From assembly GCA_001782235.1 (NCBI GenBank), contig MFOC01000007.1, positions 86,799-150,798 of the forward strand: a DNA stretch of 64,000 bases, in the 5' to 3' direction. Below, piece by piece: positions 17,632-27,195 of this stretch. The position numbers were made by a program, and so were the translations under genes. This stretch comes from Candidatus Levybacteria bacterium RIFCSPHIGHO2_02_FULL_40_18. Lineage in GTDB: Bacteria; Patescibacteriota; Microgenomatia; Levybacterales; GWA1-39-11. The notes under the pieces are model-generated. The model was given only the letters and a program-made list of their open reading frames with translations, did not search any database and was not told where the DNA came from. Within the stretch, counting starts at the first letter, position 1; the number at the start of each line of letters is the position of its first letter.

Positions 17632-18966
17632 ATGGAAAAGCTCTGGAAGCAAGTTTTAGAAGAAATAGAACTCGAAGTATCAAAACCAATATTTCTCACT
17701 TTTTTCAAACCTACCGTTCTTGTTTCGCTTGAAAACTCCGTAGCAACCATTAATTCTCCAACACATATAACAGCGGAGTACATTGAAAAAAGATATTATT
17801 CTTTAATAAAAAAAGCTCTAGATAAAAAAACAGGACAAAATATAAGTATTATCTTTGCTGCAGGCGGATCCTCTCAGATAAATTTTAAAAGCAATAAGGG
17901 AGTAGGCCCTCTTTTTGTTAGCGACATAGAAAAAGATTCTAAAAAAATGCGGCCTGCAAGAATTAGGCCGGATTATACTTTTGAATCTCTGGCAGTATCA
18001 GACAGCAACCAGCTCGCCTATACGGCGGCTATGACTGTTGCCTCGTCTCCTGGAACAAAATACAATCCTCTTTTTCTTTATGGAACTGTCGGAGTGGGTA
18101 AAACTCATCTTATGAATGCTATAGCGAATAAAATTTTTGACGATAAAAAGAGCTTTAAACCCCTCTATTTAACGACGGAGGAATTCACGAACGAGGTTGT
18201 AGAGGCAATAAGAGATAAAACTACGGCAAATTTGAGAAGAAAATTTAGAAATGTTGATATACTTCTTTTGGATGATATCCAGTTTCTTGCCGGAAAAGAA
18301 AAAGTACAGGAAGAACTTTTTCATACATTTAACACTCTTATTGATAAGGGAAATCAAGTAGTTTTATCTTCCGATAGCCCCCCCCAAGAGCTTAAAAAAA
18401 TAGAAAAAAGATTAGCCTCCCGGTTTGAAGGAGGGCTCTTGGTTGACATAGAACCTCCTGACTTTGAGCTAAGATGCGCTATTTTATTAATAAAAAGCAG
18501 AAAATACGGCTTAAACCTAAGTCTTGAAGCTGCAAAAATTATTGCTGAGAAAATTGAGGACACGCGCGCACTCGAGGGGTTTTTGCTAAGACTTTCCTCT
18601 GTTTCTCAAGAAACTGACGATATCGATTTTGACCATGTTCTCTCTATTCTTAAGAAGAATAAAACATCCCCAGTTGTCTTTCATCCAGACACGATTGTTT
18701 CTACCGTCTGTTCTTTTTATAATATAAAACCAACACAGTTAAAAGGGGCAAAAAGAGATTCTTTTTTGGTAAGGCCAAGACATATTTGCATGTATCTTCT
18801 TAAAGAGGAGGCGGGCCTCACTTATGTTGAGATTGGAAATCTTCTTGGGGGTCGCGACCATTCAACCGTAATACATGCTGTGGAAAAGATTGGGAAACTT
18901 GCCTCTTCGTCTGATAAGACCCGTGAGGAAATTATGTTTATAAAAGGAAAAATAAAAGAATTTTAA
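17632..18966 (+). CDS. dnaA: Chromosomal replication initiator DnaA. The TTG start at 17554 in the ORF track is the promoter -35, not a start codon.
   Basis: MEKLWKQVLEEIE N-terminus, Walker A LFLYGTVGVGKTHL, Walker B ILLLDDIQFL, C-terminal DnaA-box-binding HTH. Confidence 0.9.
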   Translation: MEKLWKQVLEEIELEVSKPIFLTFFKPTVLVSLENSVATINSPTHITAEYIEKRYYSLIKKALDKKTGQNISIIFAAGGSSQINFKSNKGVGPLFVSDIEKDSKKMRPARIRPDYTFESLAVSDSNQLAYTAAMTVASSPGTKYNPLFLYGTVGVGKTHLMNAIANKIFDDKKSFKPLYLTTEEFTNEVVEAIRDKTTANLRRKFRNVDILLLDDIQFLAGKEKVQEELFHTFNTLIDKGNQVVLSSDSPPQELKKIEKRLASRFEGGLLVDIEPPDFELRCAILLIKSRKYGLNLSLEAAKIIAEKIEDTRALEGFLLRLSSVSQETDDIDFDHVLSILKKNKTSPVVFHPDTIVSTVCSFYNIKPTQLKGAKRDSFLVRPRHICMYLLKEEAGLTYVEIGNLLGGRDHSTVIHAVEKIGKLASSSDKTREEIMFIKGKIKEF

Positions 18967-19151
18967 TTTTATTAACAAAACATGCACATGTTTATCTACA
19001 AAATATGCACAAAAAAATACGCATTGCCTTGTGGTTTTTTCCAGATATCAACACCCCCTACTACTAATACTAATATAATTATATTGCTGCATTGTTCAAT
19101 TGTTTTTATTGTTATACATATATTAATAAAGCCGTATAATAATATAATTTT
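18967..19151. other. Candidate oriC: AT-rich dnaA-dnaN intergenic region with DnaA-box-like 9-mers and a DNA-unwinding element
   Basis: TTATCTACA (one mismatch to TTATCCACA), TGTGGTTTT, and the AT-only stretch TAATATAATTATATTG...TTATACATATATTAATAAA. Confidence 0.5.
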
Positions 19152-20249
19152 ATGAAAGTCGAATTTTTAATAGAAAATATTGAAAAATTTTTACCCCTAG
19201 TTTCTAAAATTATTCCTATTCATTCACAAATTCCTATTCTTTCAAATATTCTTCTTGAGGCAACAAAGCAAGGATTTTATATAAGCGTTACAAACCTAGA
19301 AATAGGAGCAAGAATTAAAATACCGGCAAAAATTGAAGAGATGGGAGCAACAACAGTTCCAGGAAGACAGTTCGTTGAAACACTCTCATCATTACCGAAA
19401 GACAAAGCATTATTGTTTCTAGAAAAAGATGCTTTAAAAATAAAATGCAGAGGCAATAATATTACTTTTCAAACAATTACAAGAGACGAGTTCCCAAATG
19501 TTCTTGATGAGAAGGGAGAAAAAAAACGTACCTTTTCAGAAGAAGAGATGAGGAGTATATTTGAAAAGTTAATAATAGCAGTCTCGCAAGATGACTCAAG
19601 GCCAGAGCTTACGGGAATATTGTTTTCTCAAAGAGATGGAAAAACAGATTTTGTTGCAACTGACGGATTTCGTCTCTCGTTAAAGAAGATGAAGAAAGAG
19701 AAAATGCTTTTAGGTCAGGAGTCAATAATTCTCCCCGCAAGATTAATTCTGGAGGCTATGGGCCTTCCTGGAGAAACATCTTTATATATTTACAAAAAAG
19801 GCAACCAGGTAGTTTTGGAAAACGATGAAACCCTTCTTATCGGGAGACTAATAAATGGCGAGTTCCCAAACTATGAAAGGGTAATTCCAACGTCTTTTAA
19901 AACAAGTATAACTTTAGATGTCCAAGAGCTTTTGCAAAAGTTAAGACTCGCATCCGTTTTTGCAAGAGACGCGGCAAATATTATCAGGTTAATAATATCA
20001 GAGGGTAAAGTGAAAATAACAGCCCGGGCAAGTGGTATAGGTGAGGGCGAGGCAATTATTGAGGGAGAACAGGAAGGAGAAGATAATGAAATAGCCTTTA
20101 ATATAAAGTTTTTAATAGATCTTTTGAAAAACACTCAGGAAAAGACATTGGTGATGGAACTTTCAAGCCCTGTTGAGCCGGCGACATTCAAGATCCCCGA
20201 GGACCCCGACTTTTTGCACATTATAATGCCCGTGCGTGTCCAAGAATAA
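19152..20249 (+). CDS. dnaN: DNA polymerase III beta sliding clamp
   Basis: MKVEFLIENIEKFLPLVSKII N-terminus; three-domain size; located downstream of dnaA. Confidence 0.85.
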   Translation: MKVEFLIENIEKFLPLVSKIIPIHSQIPILSNILLEATKQGFYISVTNLEIGARIKIPAKIEEMGATTVPGRQFVETLSSLPKDKALLFLEKDALKIKCRGNNITFQTITRDEFPNVLDEKGEKKRTFSEEEMRSIFEKLIIAVSQDDSRPELTGILFSQRDGKTDFVATDGFRLSLKKMKKEKMLLGQESIILPARLILEAMGLPGETSLYIYKKGNQVVLENDETLLIGRLINGEFPNYERVIPTSFKTSITLDVQELLQKLRLASVFARDAANIIRLIISEGKVKITARASGIGEGEAIIEGEQEGEDNEIAFNIKFLIDLLKNTQEKTLVMELSSPVEPATFKIPEDPDFLHIIMPVRVQE

Positions 20250-20251
20250 AT

Positions 20252-20755
20252 TTAATAAGTTTCCCCCTCTTCAGCGTCAGGAATAGGGGGGGAAGATGTA
20301 TTAAGCTCATAAATAAATGGAGGATATAGGGCTGATCCTTCTGTTGATTTTGTTTCTTGCGTAACTGTGATTTTTGTCCTTCCTTCCGCCCAAGAGATAG
20401 CAGGGGTGATTATCAATGAGTTTGGAACAGTGCCTTGCCGGACAGATGTTTTAACAAAAGGTTCAACAGTGTACTTTAAGTTTTCTGGGATTACAACACC
20501 ACTAAACAAAAATTCTACTGGTTGAAAAGTTAAGTAGAAAAGATCAGAGGATTGACGAGGTGAAGATCTAATAACTTGAAAAGTTTTTACCTGCGGCCCA
20601 AGTGTTGGGGAAGAGGTTATTTCTCTGGTTGGTTCGGGTGTGGTTTCGGTCCGGGGCACATAGGGTCTCAAAATTAAAGACAAAAGCAGGAAAAAAACGG
20701 GTATTACGATAATAAATAAAACAATGAATAAGTATATGGTTTTTATTTTTTTCAT
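20252..20755 (-). CDS. N-terminally membrane-anchored hypothetical protein, last gene of the T4SS-like operon
   Basis: One N-terminal TM helix followed by a Pro/Thr-rich linker. Confidence 0.45.
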   Translation of the reverse strand: MKKIKTIYLFIVLFIIVIPVFFLLLSLILRPYVPRTETTPEPTREITSSPTLGPQVKTFQVIRSSPRQSSDLFYLTFQPVEFLFSGVVIPENLKYTVEPFVKTSVRQGTVPNSLIITPAISWAEGRTKITVTQETKSTEGSALYPPFIYELNTSSPPIPDAEEGETY

Positions 20756-20764
20756 TTTATAAAT

Positions 20765-22981
20765 TTATAAACAAAAATTTGCCGCAGTATCAATAGGTTT
20801 TCTTCCTCCTGTTCCGAGAGAGGCAAACTCAAAATGAACATGATTACAATTGGGATTGTTTGTACAAATTTTGGCCCCAACATCCCCTGATTTTCCCTCT
20901 GAAGTGCCGCTTCCCTGGTCTACATGATGGAATCTAAGCCAGTAGAGCTTACTGGAAGGGCTTGTTCCTCTATACTCTATTATATAACCGACGCCGCTAT
21001 TAGTCCTATCTTCGGAAAGTAGTATCCAGTCAAGAATCTCCCCATCAATTTTTGGAAAATACACATTTTGCCCAGGAGGGCCGGGTATGTCTTCTGCGTA
21101 GTGTATATCTTCATATATGCATAGTTCGGGCGCAGGATAGTTGAGGCCGCAATGCCCGCATTCGCTTCTTGGTGTGAACTCGCTTCCGCAGGAAACAGTA
21201 GATGCAGTTGCTCCCGGAATCGGGCATGTAGCTGAAAACAATGGCCCTGAGGGTGGTGCAACTTCGATCAGCGCGCCATAAGACCCTGCCGGAACAAGTT
21301 TTTCATACCAAAATCTTATATTCGGAGGGAAGTTTGGATTTTGTGCGAATGTACAAGGCGCATCATGCCCGTCACTGTACCTACACATAAAATCAGCAAA
21401 TCTATCATTTGATAAAAAACCGAAACTAATAAAAACACAAGCGAGGCTTTTATTAATATCATCATTTTGCTGACCCGGTGCGCACCCAAGTGGGTCTGCG
21501 GCAGGCACCCCTTGCGCCCCCGACTCCTCAATCCATAGAGCAAGAAGAAACGCAGGATTCCATCCGTTTGCAACTGCCTGCGACACAATGGTATCCCAAT
21601 TGCCAATCTTTGCATCGGGCCAGTTAGCAGTGATTTGTCCGCGAATATCTTGCGGGATTACGTTTGGGTCACGAAAGGGTATAGAGTAGTTAAGTCCTGC
21701 CGCCTGTTGTCCTCCATCTCCAGGGCCGGTCCCCTGACCCCCTCCTCCCCCGCCTCCAAGACCAAGGCTGGGAGCAAAATTGCCTGGGTTAAATATAATA
21801 ATGAATAATGCAAGAGCAAAAATTACAAGAAGACCAATTCCTGCCCATCCGATAGGCGTGAGTTTTGCGAAAAAGCCAAGCGGCTGTGTTGCTGTTTGTT
21901 CAACTATTCGTCCCGCTGTTTGGACATTGCTTAACAAAGATGGGAGTTTGTTAATCCGATCCACTAAGCCCCTTCCAAGCCTTGATCCCGGAGCGCTTCT
22001 TATAGGCGTAGTGCCTATAGGTTTCTCAAGCGGAATATATAATTTATGGGGAGGGACAGCAGGTTTTATGGCTTCAAGTCTTTTTGTTGCTTCCGAAACC
22101 GATATTTTTGGAGCCTCGCGCTTAGCCTTTTCTACGTACTTTATTTCTTTCCCCGTGCTCTCTTGGAAAGACCGAAGACTTCTTTGAATACTCTCTCTTT
22201 CGACGGTTCTCCGTATATCATTATTGCTTGCTTGGTAAGCGCTAGATTTAGTAGGGTATTGCTTTGCAAACCTATCCCACTCCCGACTCTTGATCTTCTT
22301 TTCAATCTCGTCCCAATTCTCTTCGAGCTTTCCCGCTTCAAAAAGAGCTTTTCTTGCCTTAATGTGCTCGTCTATATTGCTCTTCGCTCGATTAACAGCG
22401 GGATCTTCATCAAGGGTTTTATAAATCTTTTTTGCGCGCTCGTCATAATATGCTGCCCGGCTTTTGTTTTTTTCGCGAAATTGTCTCTCGGCATCGCTAC
22501 GAAGCGTTGGAGCATCTGGGTTGTCCAAATTGCCATAGCGATAATCTAACCATTCGTGGCTCTCAGAGGTCTTCCCGGGATTATTTTTCTGCCACTCTTT
22601 TGCTAAATTCTCCTCTATTTTTTTAAACTTAGGGTCATCCTCCAATAGATCTGGCCGCCGCCGGATAAAGAAAAGAGGAGACGCTAGAAGTCCTGCAAAA
22701 TTTGCAAAACCCCCCTGCCCTCGAGCGGTTTCTTGTGGAGCTTCAGGTTCTTGCGTGGGTATTGTTGAAATAGCCTCAAGGATTTGACTTCCTATCCAAA
22801 TACGTTCTAGTTTGTTTGGATCAACGCTCAGGTCATTTGCGCGAAGATATGCCGCCAGTTCTGCGCGAGTTTTAAAAGGAGGTACGCGGTTTTCTTTTAG
22901 ATACTCATTTGTTTCTATTGCATAGCTTTGAGCGCGCTCACGGTTATTCTTTATAAATTTTGAAATATTGTCCATTGGCAA
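20765..22981 (-). CDS. Membrane-anchored bifunctional peptidoglycan hydrolase: lytic transglycosylase (SLT) plus M23 peptidase. Functional analogue of VirB1/CwlT/PrgK.
   Basis: TM helix, Gly-rich linker, SLT catalytic ALWIEESGAQG. M23 signature SGDVGAKICTNNPNCNHVHFEFASLGTGGRKPIDTAANF. Confidence 0.75.
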   Translation of the reverse strand: MPMDNISKFIKNNRERAQSYAIETNEYLKENRVPPFKTRAELAAYLRANDLSVDPNKLERIWIGSQILEAISTIPTQEPEAPQETARGQGGFANFAGLLASPLFFIRRRPDLLEDDPKFKKIEENLAKEWQKNNPGKTSESHEWLDYRYGNLDNPDAPTLRSDAERQFREKNKSRAAYYDERAKKIYKTLDEDPAVNRAKSNIDEHIKARKALFEAGKLEENWDEIEKKIKSREWDRFAKQYPTKSSAYQASNNDIRRTVERESIQRSLRSFQESTGKEIKYVEKAKREAPKISVSEATKRLEAIKPAVPPHKLYIPLEKPIGTTPIRSAPGSRLGRGLVDRINKLPSLLSNVQTAGRIVEQTATQPLGFFAKLTPIGWAGIGLLVIFALALFIIIFNPGNFAPSLGLGGGGGGGQGTGPGDGGQQAAGLNYSIPFRDPNVIPQDIRGQITANWPDAKIGNWDTIVSQAVANGWNPAFLLALWIEESGAQGVPAADPLGCAPGQQNDDINKSLACVFISFGFLSNDRFADFMCRYSDGHDAPCTFAQNPNFPPNIRFWYEKLVPAGSYGALIEVAPPSGPLFSATCPIPGATASTVSCGSEFTPRSECGHCGLNYPAPELCIYEDIHYAEDIPGPPGQNVYFPKIDGEILDWILLSEDRTNSGVGYIIEYRGTSPSSKLYWLRFHHVDQGSGTSEGKSGDVGAKICTNNPNCNHVHFEFASLGTGGRKPIDTAANFCL

Positions 22982-22991
22982 GACAAGCTAT

Positions 22992-25049
22992 CTATGAAGA
23001 AACTATTTTTATTCCTTGAGAGCTTTCATCTAGGTTGGCTTGCGAAATTTTTTCTTGCTCTTGAACGGGAGACGTGTTAGCAGGGGGGGCTGTCATATCT
23101 TGCGCCTGTGTCTCTGGTTGCTCTCCGGGAGCGGATTGAGCGTCAGCGATGGAGGCATCCTCGCTGACAGGCGTGGGCGACGTAGCGGTGGCTGCCTCTT
23201 CTTCATGGGCAAGAATATCTTGAGGTTTTGAGGTGATCAGATCATATTCATATTGTGACGCTATGAACTGCGCGGTTACATGGTTTTGTCCTGCAAAAAG
23301 AAGTCCTTCCCCAACCTGGGCGGTTACTAAAAATTGTTTCTCTCCTTCTGATAAAAATAACGTTTTTGCCAAAACTTCAACTTCTGACGAGTTCTGTTTC
23401 AAGAGAATTTGGACTGAGGAGTTTGAAAGAATAGACTTTCCATAGTCGCTTGACAGGAAATCTTCAATATCCTGAGTAAGGGTTGTCACGCCAAGAAAAT
23501 ATTTTCTTGCGCGCTTTGCTATCCCTTGCAAAAAGGAGGCAGAATCAGGATGCTTCATAAGATACCATGCCTCATCAACCACCAAAATTCTTTTCTTAAG
23601 TTTTGTTCTGACGCGATTCCAAATAAAATCTAAAACCACGTGCATTGCAATTGGACGCAAAACATCCTCGAGCTGTTTAAGAGAAAAGACGGTTAATTGA
23701 TTTTTTATGTTGTAATTCGTCTGCTGATTAAATAGCCCAGAGAATCCACCTTTTACATATTTTTCAAGACGGAAAGAGAGATCCCTTGCCTCCGGCTCCT
23801 CCATATTAAGTAAGGTTTTATAAAGGTCCTCCAAGATCGGCGGCTCGTTTTTGTAGGTTGCAGGATCCGGCGTTATTCCCTTTTGCTTGTAACAAAGAAC
23901 AATCGCTCTATCTAAAATTGCCTCTTGTGTTGGAGACATCTCCCCAAGCATTGTTTTTAGGAGTCCGTGAAGAGATAATATTTTTATTCCAAGCTGGGCA
24001 TCTGTCATGTCTTCTTGGAGAAGGGCAAACGGGTTAATTTTTACCTCAGAACTTTTTGAGAAGTTTATATATTCGCCATCCAAAGCATGACATAAGGTTT
24101 TGTATTCATCTTCGGGATCTATTATTAAAATCTCGGCGTCAAACATCATTTGCCGCAAAATTTCAAGCTTTACCAAAAAAGATTTTCCGGCGCCCGATTT
24201 TCCAAAGACCACTTCATTTGCATTCTCAAAAGAAAAGCGGTCAACAATCGCAAGCGAATTATTTATGGTATTCACGCCATATAGAATTCCGTTTGGATGG
24301 GAAATTTCATAAGACGTAAATGGAAAAGTTGAAGCCAAAGACGTTGTGTCCATATTGCGGGTTATAAATAGCTTGTCGATTCCTGCTGGAAGACAGGTTT
24401 TGAATCCGTCTTCCATCTGAAGCGTTGCGGGTTTTACAACCAAAAGGTTTGAGGAAAGCAAAGACTGAAGTTCTTTGGTTTTTATATCTAAATTCTCAAC
24501 TGAATCTGCTGCCAGGGTTATATATAGACCAAATTGGAAAAACCGTTCAAGACCTCGCGCTAGCTCTTCTCGGAGCGCTATAGCATCTTCAAGCCCCGCC
24601 TGAATTTTAGGATCCGGCTCAAGCCCCTGTTCCGCATCTGACTGAAGTGTTGCCTCCATCTCGGAGATTTTCCTTCGCAGGTTTCCCAAAACATCCTTGC
24701 TTTCAACCGGATATACAAACATTGATATGTTCATTGTTTCTTTATAGTCAATAAGAATTGAGAGCCAGTTTGGAGAAACCTGACGAGGGTAATCTACAAC
24801 AAAAAACGTTCTGAAAAACTTATCGCCAACTCTTATATTTTTAAAATCTACCTCAACTGAGGAGGGGGATATAAGGTCAACAACAGAAACCGAGCCTGAC
24901 TTGAGAGCATTATATCCTTGCGAGGAGGCGCGTTTTTGAGCAGGCCCCGCACCGTCCCGGTGCGGGGCAGGGACTTTCTGGATCTGAGCGTTAGCGGCGG
25001 TTGGATCCGATATAGCCTGTGTCTGTTGTTTTTTATCTTCATCAAACAT
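22992..25049 (-). CDS. VirB4/TrbE/CagE-family T4SS ATPase, central and C-terminal ATPase portion
   Basis: LISPSSVEVDFKNIRVGDKFFRTFFVVDYP region; Walker A VFGKSGAGKSF; Walker B ILVVDEAWYLM. Confidence 0.85.
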   Translation of the reverse strand: MFDEDKKQQTQAISDPTAANAQIQKVPAPHRDGAGPAQKRASSQGYNALKSGSVSVVDLISPSSVEVDFKNIRVGDKFFRTFFVVDYPRQVSPNWLSILIDYKETMNISMFVYPVESKDVLGNLRRKISEMEATLQSDAEQGLEPDPKIQAGLEDAIALREELARGLERFFQFGLYITLAADSVENLDIKTKELQSLLSSNLLVVKPATLQMEDGFKTCLPAGIDKLFITRNMDTTSLASTFPFTSYEISHPNGILYGVNTINNSLAIVDRFSFENANEVVFGKSGAGKSFLVKLEILRQMMFDAEILIIDPEDEYKTLCHALDGEYINFSKSSEVKINPFALLQEDMTDAQLGIKILSLHGLLKTMLGEMSPTQEAILDRAIVLCYKQKGITPDPATYKNEPPILEDLYKTLLNMEEPEARDLSFRLEKYVKGGFSGLFNQQTNYNIKNQLTVFSLKQLEDVLRPIAMHVVLDFIWNRVRTKLKKRILVVDEAWYLMKHPDSASFLQGIAKRARKYFLGVTTLTQDIEDFLSSDYGKSILSNSSVQILLKQNSSEVEVLAKTLFLSEGEKQFLVTAQVGEGLLFAGQNHVTAQFIASQYEYDLITSKPQDILAHEEEAATATSPTPVSEDASIADAQSAPGEQPETQAQDMTAPPANTSPVQEQEKISQANLDESSQGIKIVSS

Positions 25050-25057
25050 AATTTATT

Positions 25058-25170
25058 TAATTCAAAACTCAAAAGTCAAAAGTTAAAAATTAAAGTTAAA
25101 ATTTAAAAGTGTTTTTAATACTTTTTACTTTTGAATTGCAATTTTGAATTTTGCATTTTGACTTTTAACT
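25058..25170. repeat. AT-rich mirror/inverted word repeat: AAAAGTCAAAAGTTAAAA words, then after about 25112 their complements ACTTTTGA/TTTTGACTTTTAAC
   Basis: Read directly. Potential long imperfect hairpin between the two VirB4 ORFs. Confidence 0.55.
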
Positions 25171-25845
25171 TTACAATATTACATTCTTAATATCATTCGA
25201 ATCAAAATCCAAAGTAATAAACTCCTGATTGAATAGTTCATAGTAAAGCTTTATAAGCTCATTAGTTGAAAGTGGTCGAGCAGAGAGTCCCATTCTCTCA
25301 ACTTGCGTAGTAACATTGTTTCTTTTTGAAATAAGCGCTGATTTTACCCTCTCATTTAATGCCAGGTTTTTTTTGTCCGTTGTTTTCGCTTGTGCAGCAG
25401 AGGCTACCCCAAGCTCCAGTTGAGAAAACGGGATTACAATATAAATCTTTTTGTCTAAAAGTCCCTCACCCTTTATCAGATCTTTTATAAAATCTCTATA
25501 TAATGTTAATTGTTCCTTGACCTTAGGGTTTTGGATTCCTGCTATTTTATCCTCGATTAGTTTTATGTAACTGACAAGATCTACGCGCCGTGAGACAATC
25601 AATATTTGAATAGATGAAGAGAGAGAATTAAGAAGAGACATGTAGCCATAGATTCTTGCGTTTTGTTCATCTTGTGAGAGAAGGAAAAAATTAACGGACG
25701 AAACTTCCATAATCATACAAGCATTGCCGCCTTTTAAGAAGACAATATCGTCCTGGATGTCAACAATCTCAGTAAAATCTTGCGTGCTTGAGTGAATCTT
25801 TGACTTAGCCATAATCGATATAGAAATTGGTTGTAGGATTTCCAT
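25171..25845 (-). CDS. VirB4 N-terminal domain (CagE_TrbE_VirB N-terminal region) encoded as a separate ORF
   Basis: STQDFTEIVDIQDDIVFLKGGNACMIMEVSSVNFFLLSQDEQNARIYGYMSLLNSL...IQILIVSRRVDL resembles the N-terminus of TcpF/PrgJ-type VirB4. Confidence 0.6.
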   Translation of the reverse strand: MEILQPISISIMAKSKIHSSTQDFTEIVDIQDDIVFLKGGNACMIMEVSSVNFFLLSQDEQNARIYGYMSLLNSLSSSIQILIVSRRVDLVSYIKLIEDKIAGIQNPKVKEQLTLYRDFIKDLIKGEGLLDKKIYIVIPFSQLELGVASAAQAKTTDKKNLALNERVKSALISKRNNVTTQVERMGLSARPLSTNELIKLYYELFNQEFITLDFDSNDIKNVIL

Positions 25846-25880
25846 TACTAATTTCCATTTTCCAATAACTATTTTCTAGT

Positions 25881-26954
25881 CTATGCTGTTGCTTGGACTC
25901 CGCCGAATAGTTCGCGTCTTAGTTTCTCACGTGCGTCGATTGACGTAGTTTCTAGTGGATTAAAAATCTCGCCGTTCAAAGTAATTTCCGTTGCTTCAAA
26001 TTCATGATTTTTCTGTGGGTCCTCAAAATAGATTTTATAGGTGCCGTTTTGAAGCTGAGTAGCAGAGGCAAATTGTCCAAGAGCATTTGTTTTAAAGGCC
26101 CTAACCGGAATGCCGTTTGAGTCAATTACCTCAACTAAAATATTAGGCAAGGTTTTACCTCGTGCATCACGGATAATTCCAAGCACTACATTGGGGACAT
26201 CGGGTAGAGTTGGAAAGCCTCCGGTAAGGCTTGGATTTGCACGCACAGGGGTTGGCTGTGGCAGAGTTGTTTCTTTTGGAATTTCATGCCGAGTTTCCTT
26301 CATTGAAAATTCAGCGTCCCCAGCCTCTTTTTTGGGGACAGGCGGGGGGCGTTGAGCTTCCTTTGCGATTTCATCAAGTCTTTTTTTGTTCAGCTCCGAA
26401 GCCGTGTTTTCTTGATTTACCACCATAGGACTTCCTAAAACCGGCGGAGTAGAGACCGCACTTGATCCGTTTGTAAAATAGCTATTGATGGTGTCCAATA
26501 TGCGAGTTTCTGATTGATCCGGACGGAAAGGAGAATTTCTGAGTCTGCTTAATAAAACTGCTCTTTTTTCATCTTGTGGATTCGCAACCTTTGCTATCCC
26601 GCCTTGGCGGGGGGCACCTTGCTTTTTGGGAAGCTCGCCAAACACTTGAAACGTTGCCAGATTTGCACCCCTTTTTCTATATAGATAGCGATTTTCAGAA
26701 GGAATTGCTTTTGCAAAGTTGACGAGCATTACATCCATTGGTCTTCCTTCAATTGGAACAAATGCAAGAGCAACTCCTACAAGCGCAAAAGCCGCCATAG
26801 TTGGAGCTTTAATTAAAATATTGATTGGAAGTACAAAAGCAACAGTTGTTAAAATTCCAAATCCGAGAAGATATAAAAATTGCTTTACAGTAATGCTTCC
26901 AATGAGTTTAAACTTGAAACCCGTAACATCTTGCGGAATAGGGTGATTTTCCAT
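25881..26954 (-). CDS. PrgI/VirB3-like membrane protein with a long C-terminal extension ending in a carboxypeptidase-regulatory-like beta-sandwich
   Basis: N-terminal IPQDVTGFKFKLIGSITVKQFLYLLGFGIL plus a second TM. C-terminal VVLGIIRDARGKTLPNILVEVIDSNGIPVRAFKTNALGQF. Confidence 0.5.
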   Translation of the reverse strand: MENHPIPQDVTGFKFKLIGSITVKQFLYLLGFGILTTVAFVLPINILIKAPTMAAFALVGVALAFVPIEGRPMDVMLVNFAKAIPSENRYLYRKRGANLATFQVFGELPKKQGAPRQGGIAKVANPQDEKRAVLLSRLRNSPFRPDQSETRILDTINSYFTNGSSAVSTPPVLGSPMVVNQENTASELNKKRLDEIAKEAQRPPPVPKKEAGDAEFSMKETRHEIPKETTLPQPTPVRANPSLTGGFPTLPDVPNVVLGIIRDARGKTLPNILVEVIDSNGIPVRAFKTNALGQFASATQLQNGTYKIYFEDPQKNHEFEATEITLNGEIFNPLETTSIDAREKLRRELFGGVQATA

Positions 26955-27195
26955 AATAACGATTTTCGCTGATTTTTTAGCTGATTTACGCCGATCTGCG
27001 GCAATCCGCCATTAATCCGCGAGAATCCTATAGCTGATAGATCAAAATGACCAATAGGTCTATCTATTAGTTATTAAGACTCTTCCGTATAAACAGGTTA
27101 CTATGTGAAAATTCTGAATGCAAGATTATCAAAATATGTCAGAACCGCGTCAGACGCGGTCAGACTAGAGGAAAATTAAAGCTTTCTCGTGAAAA

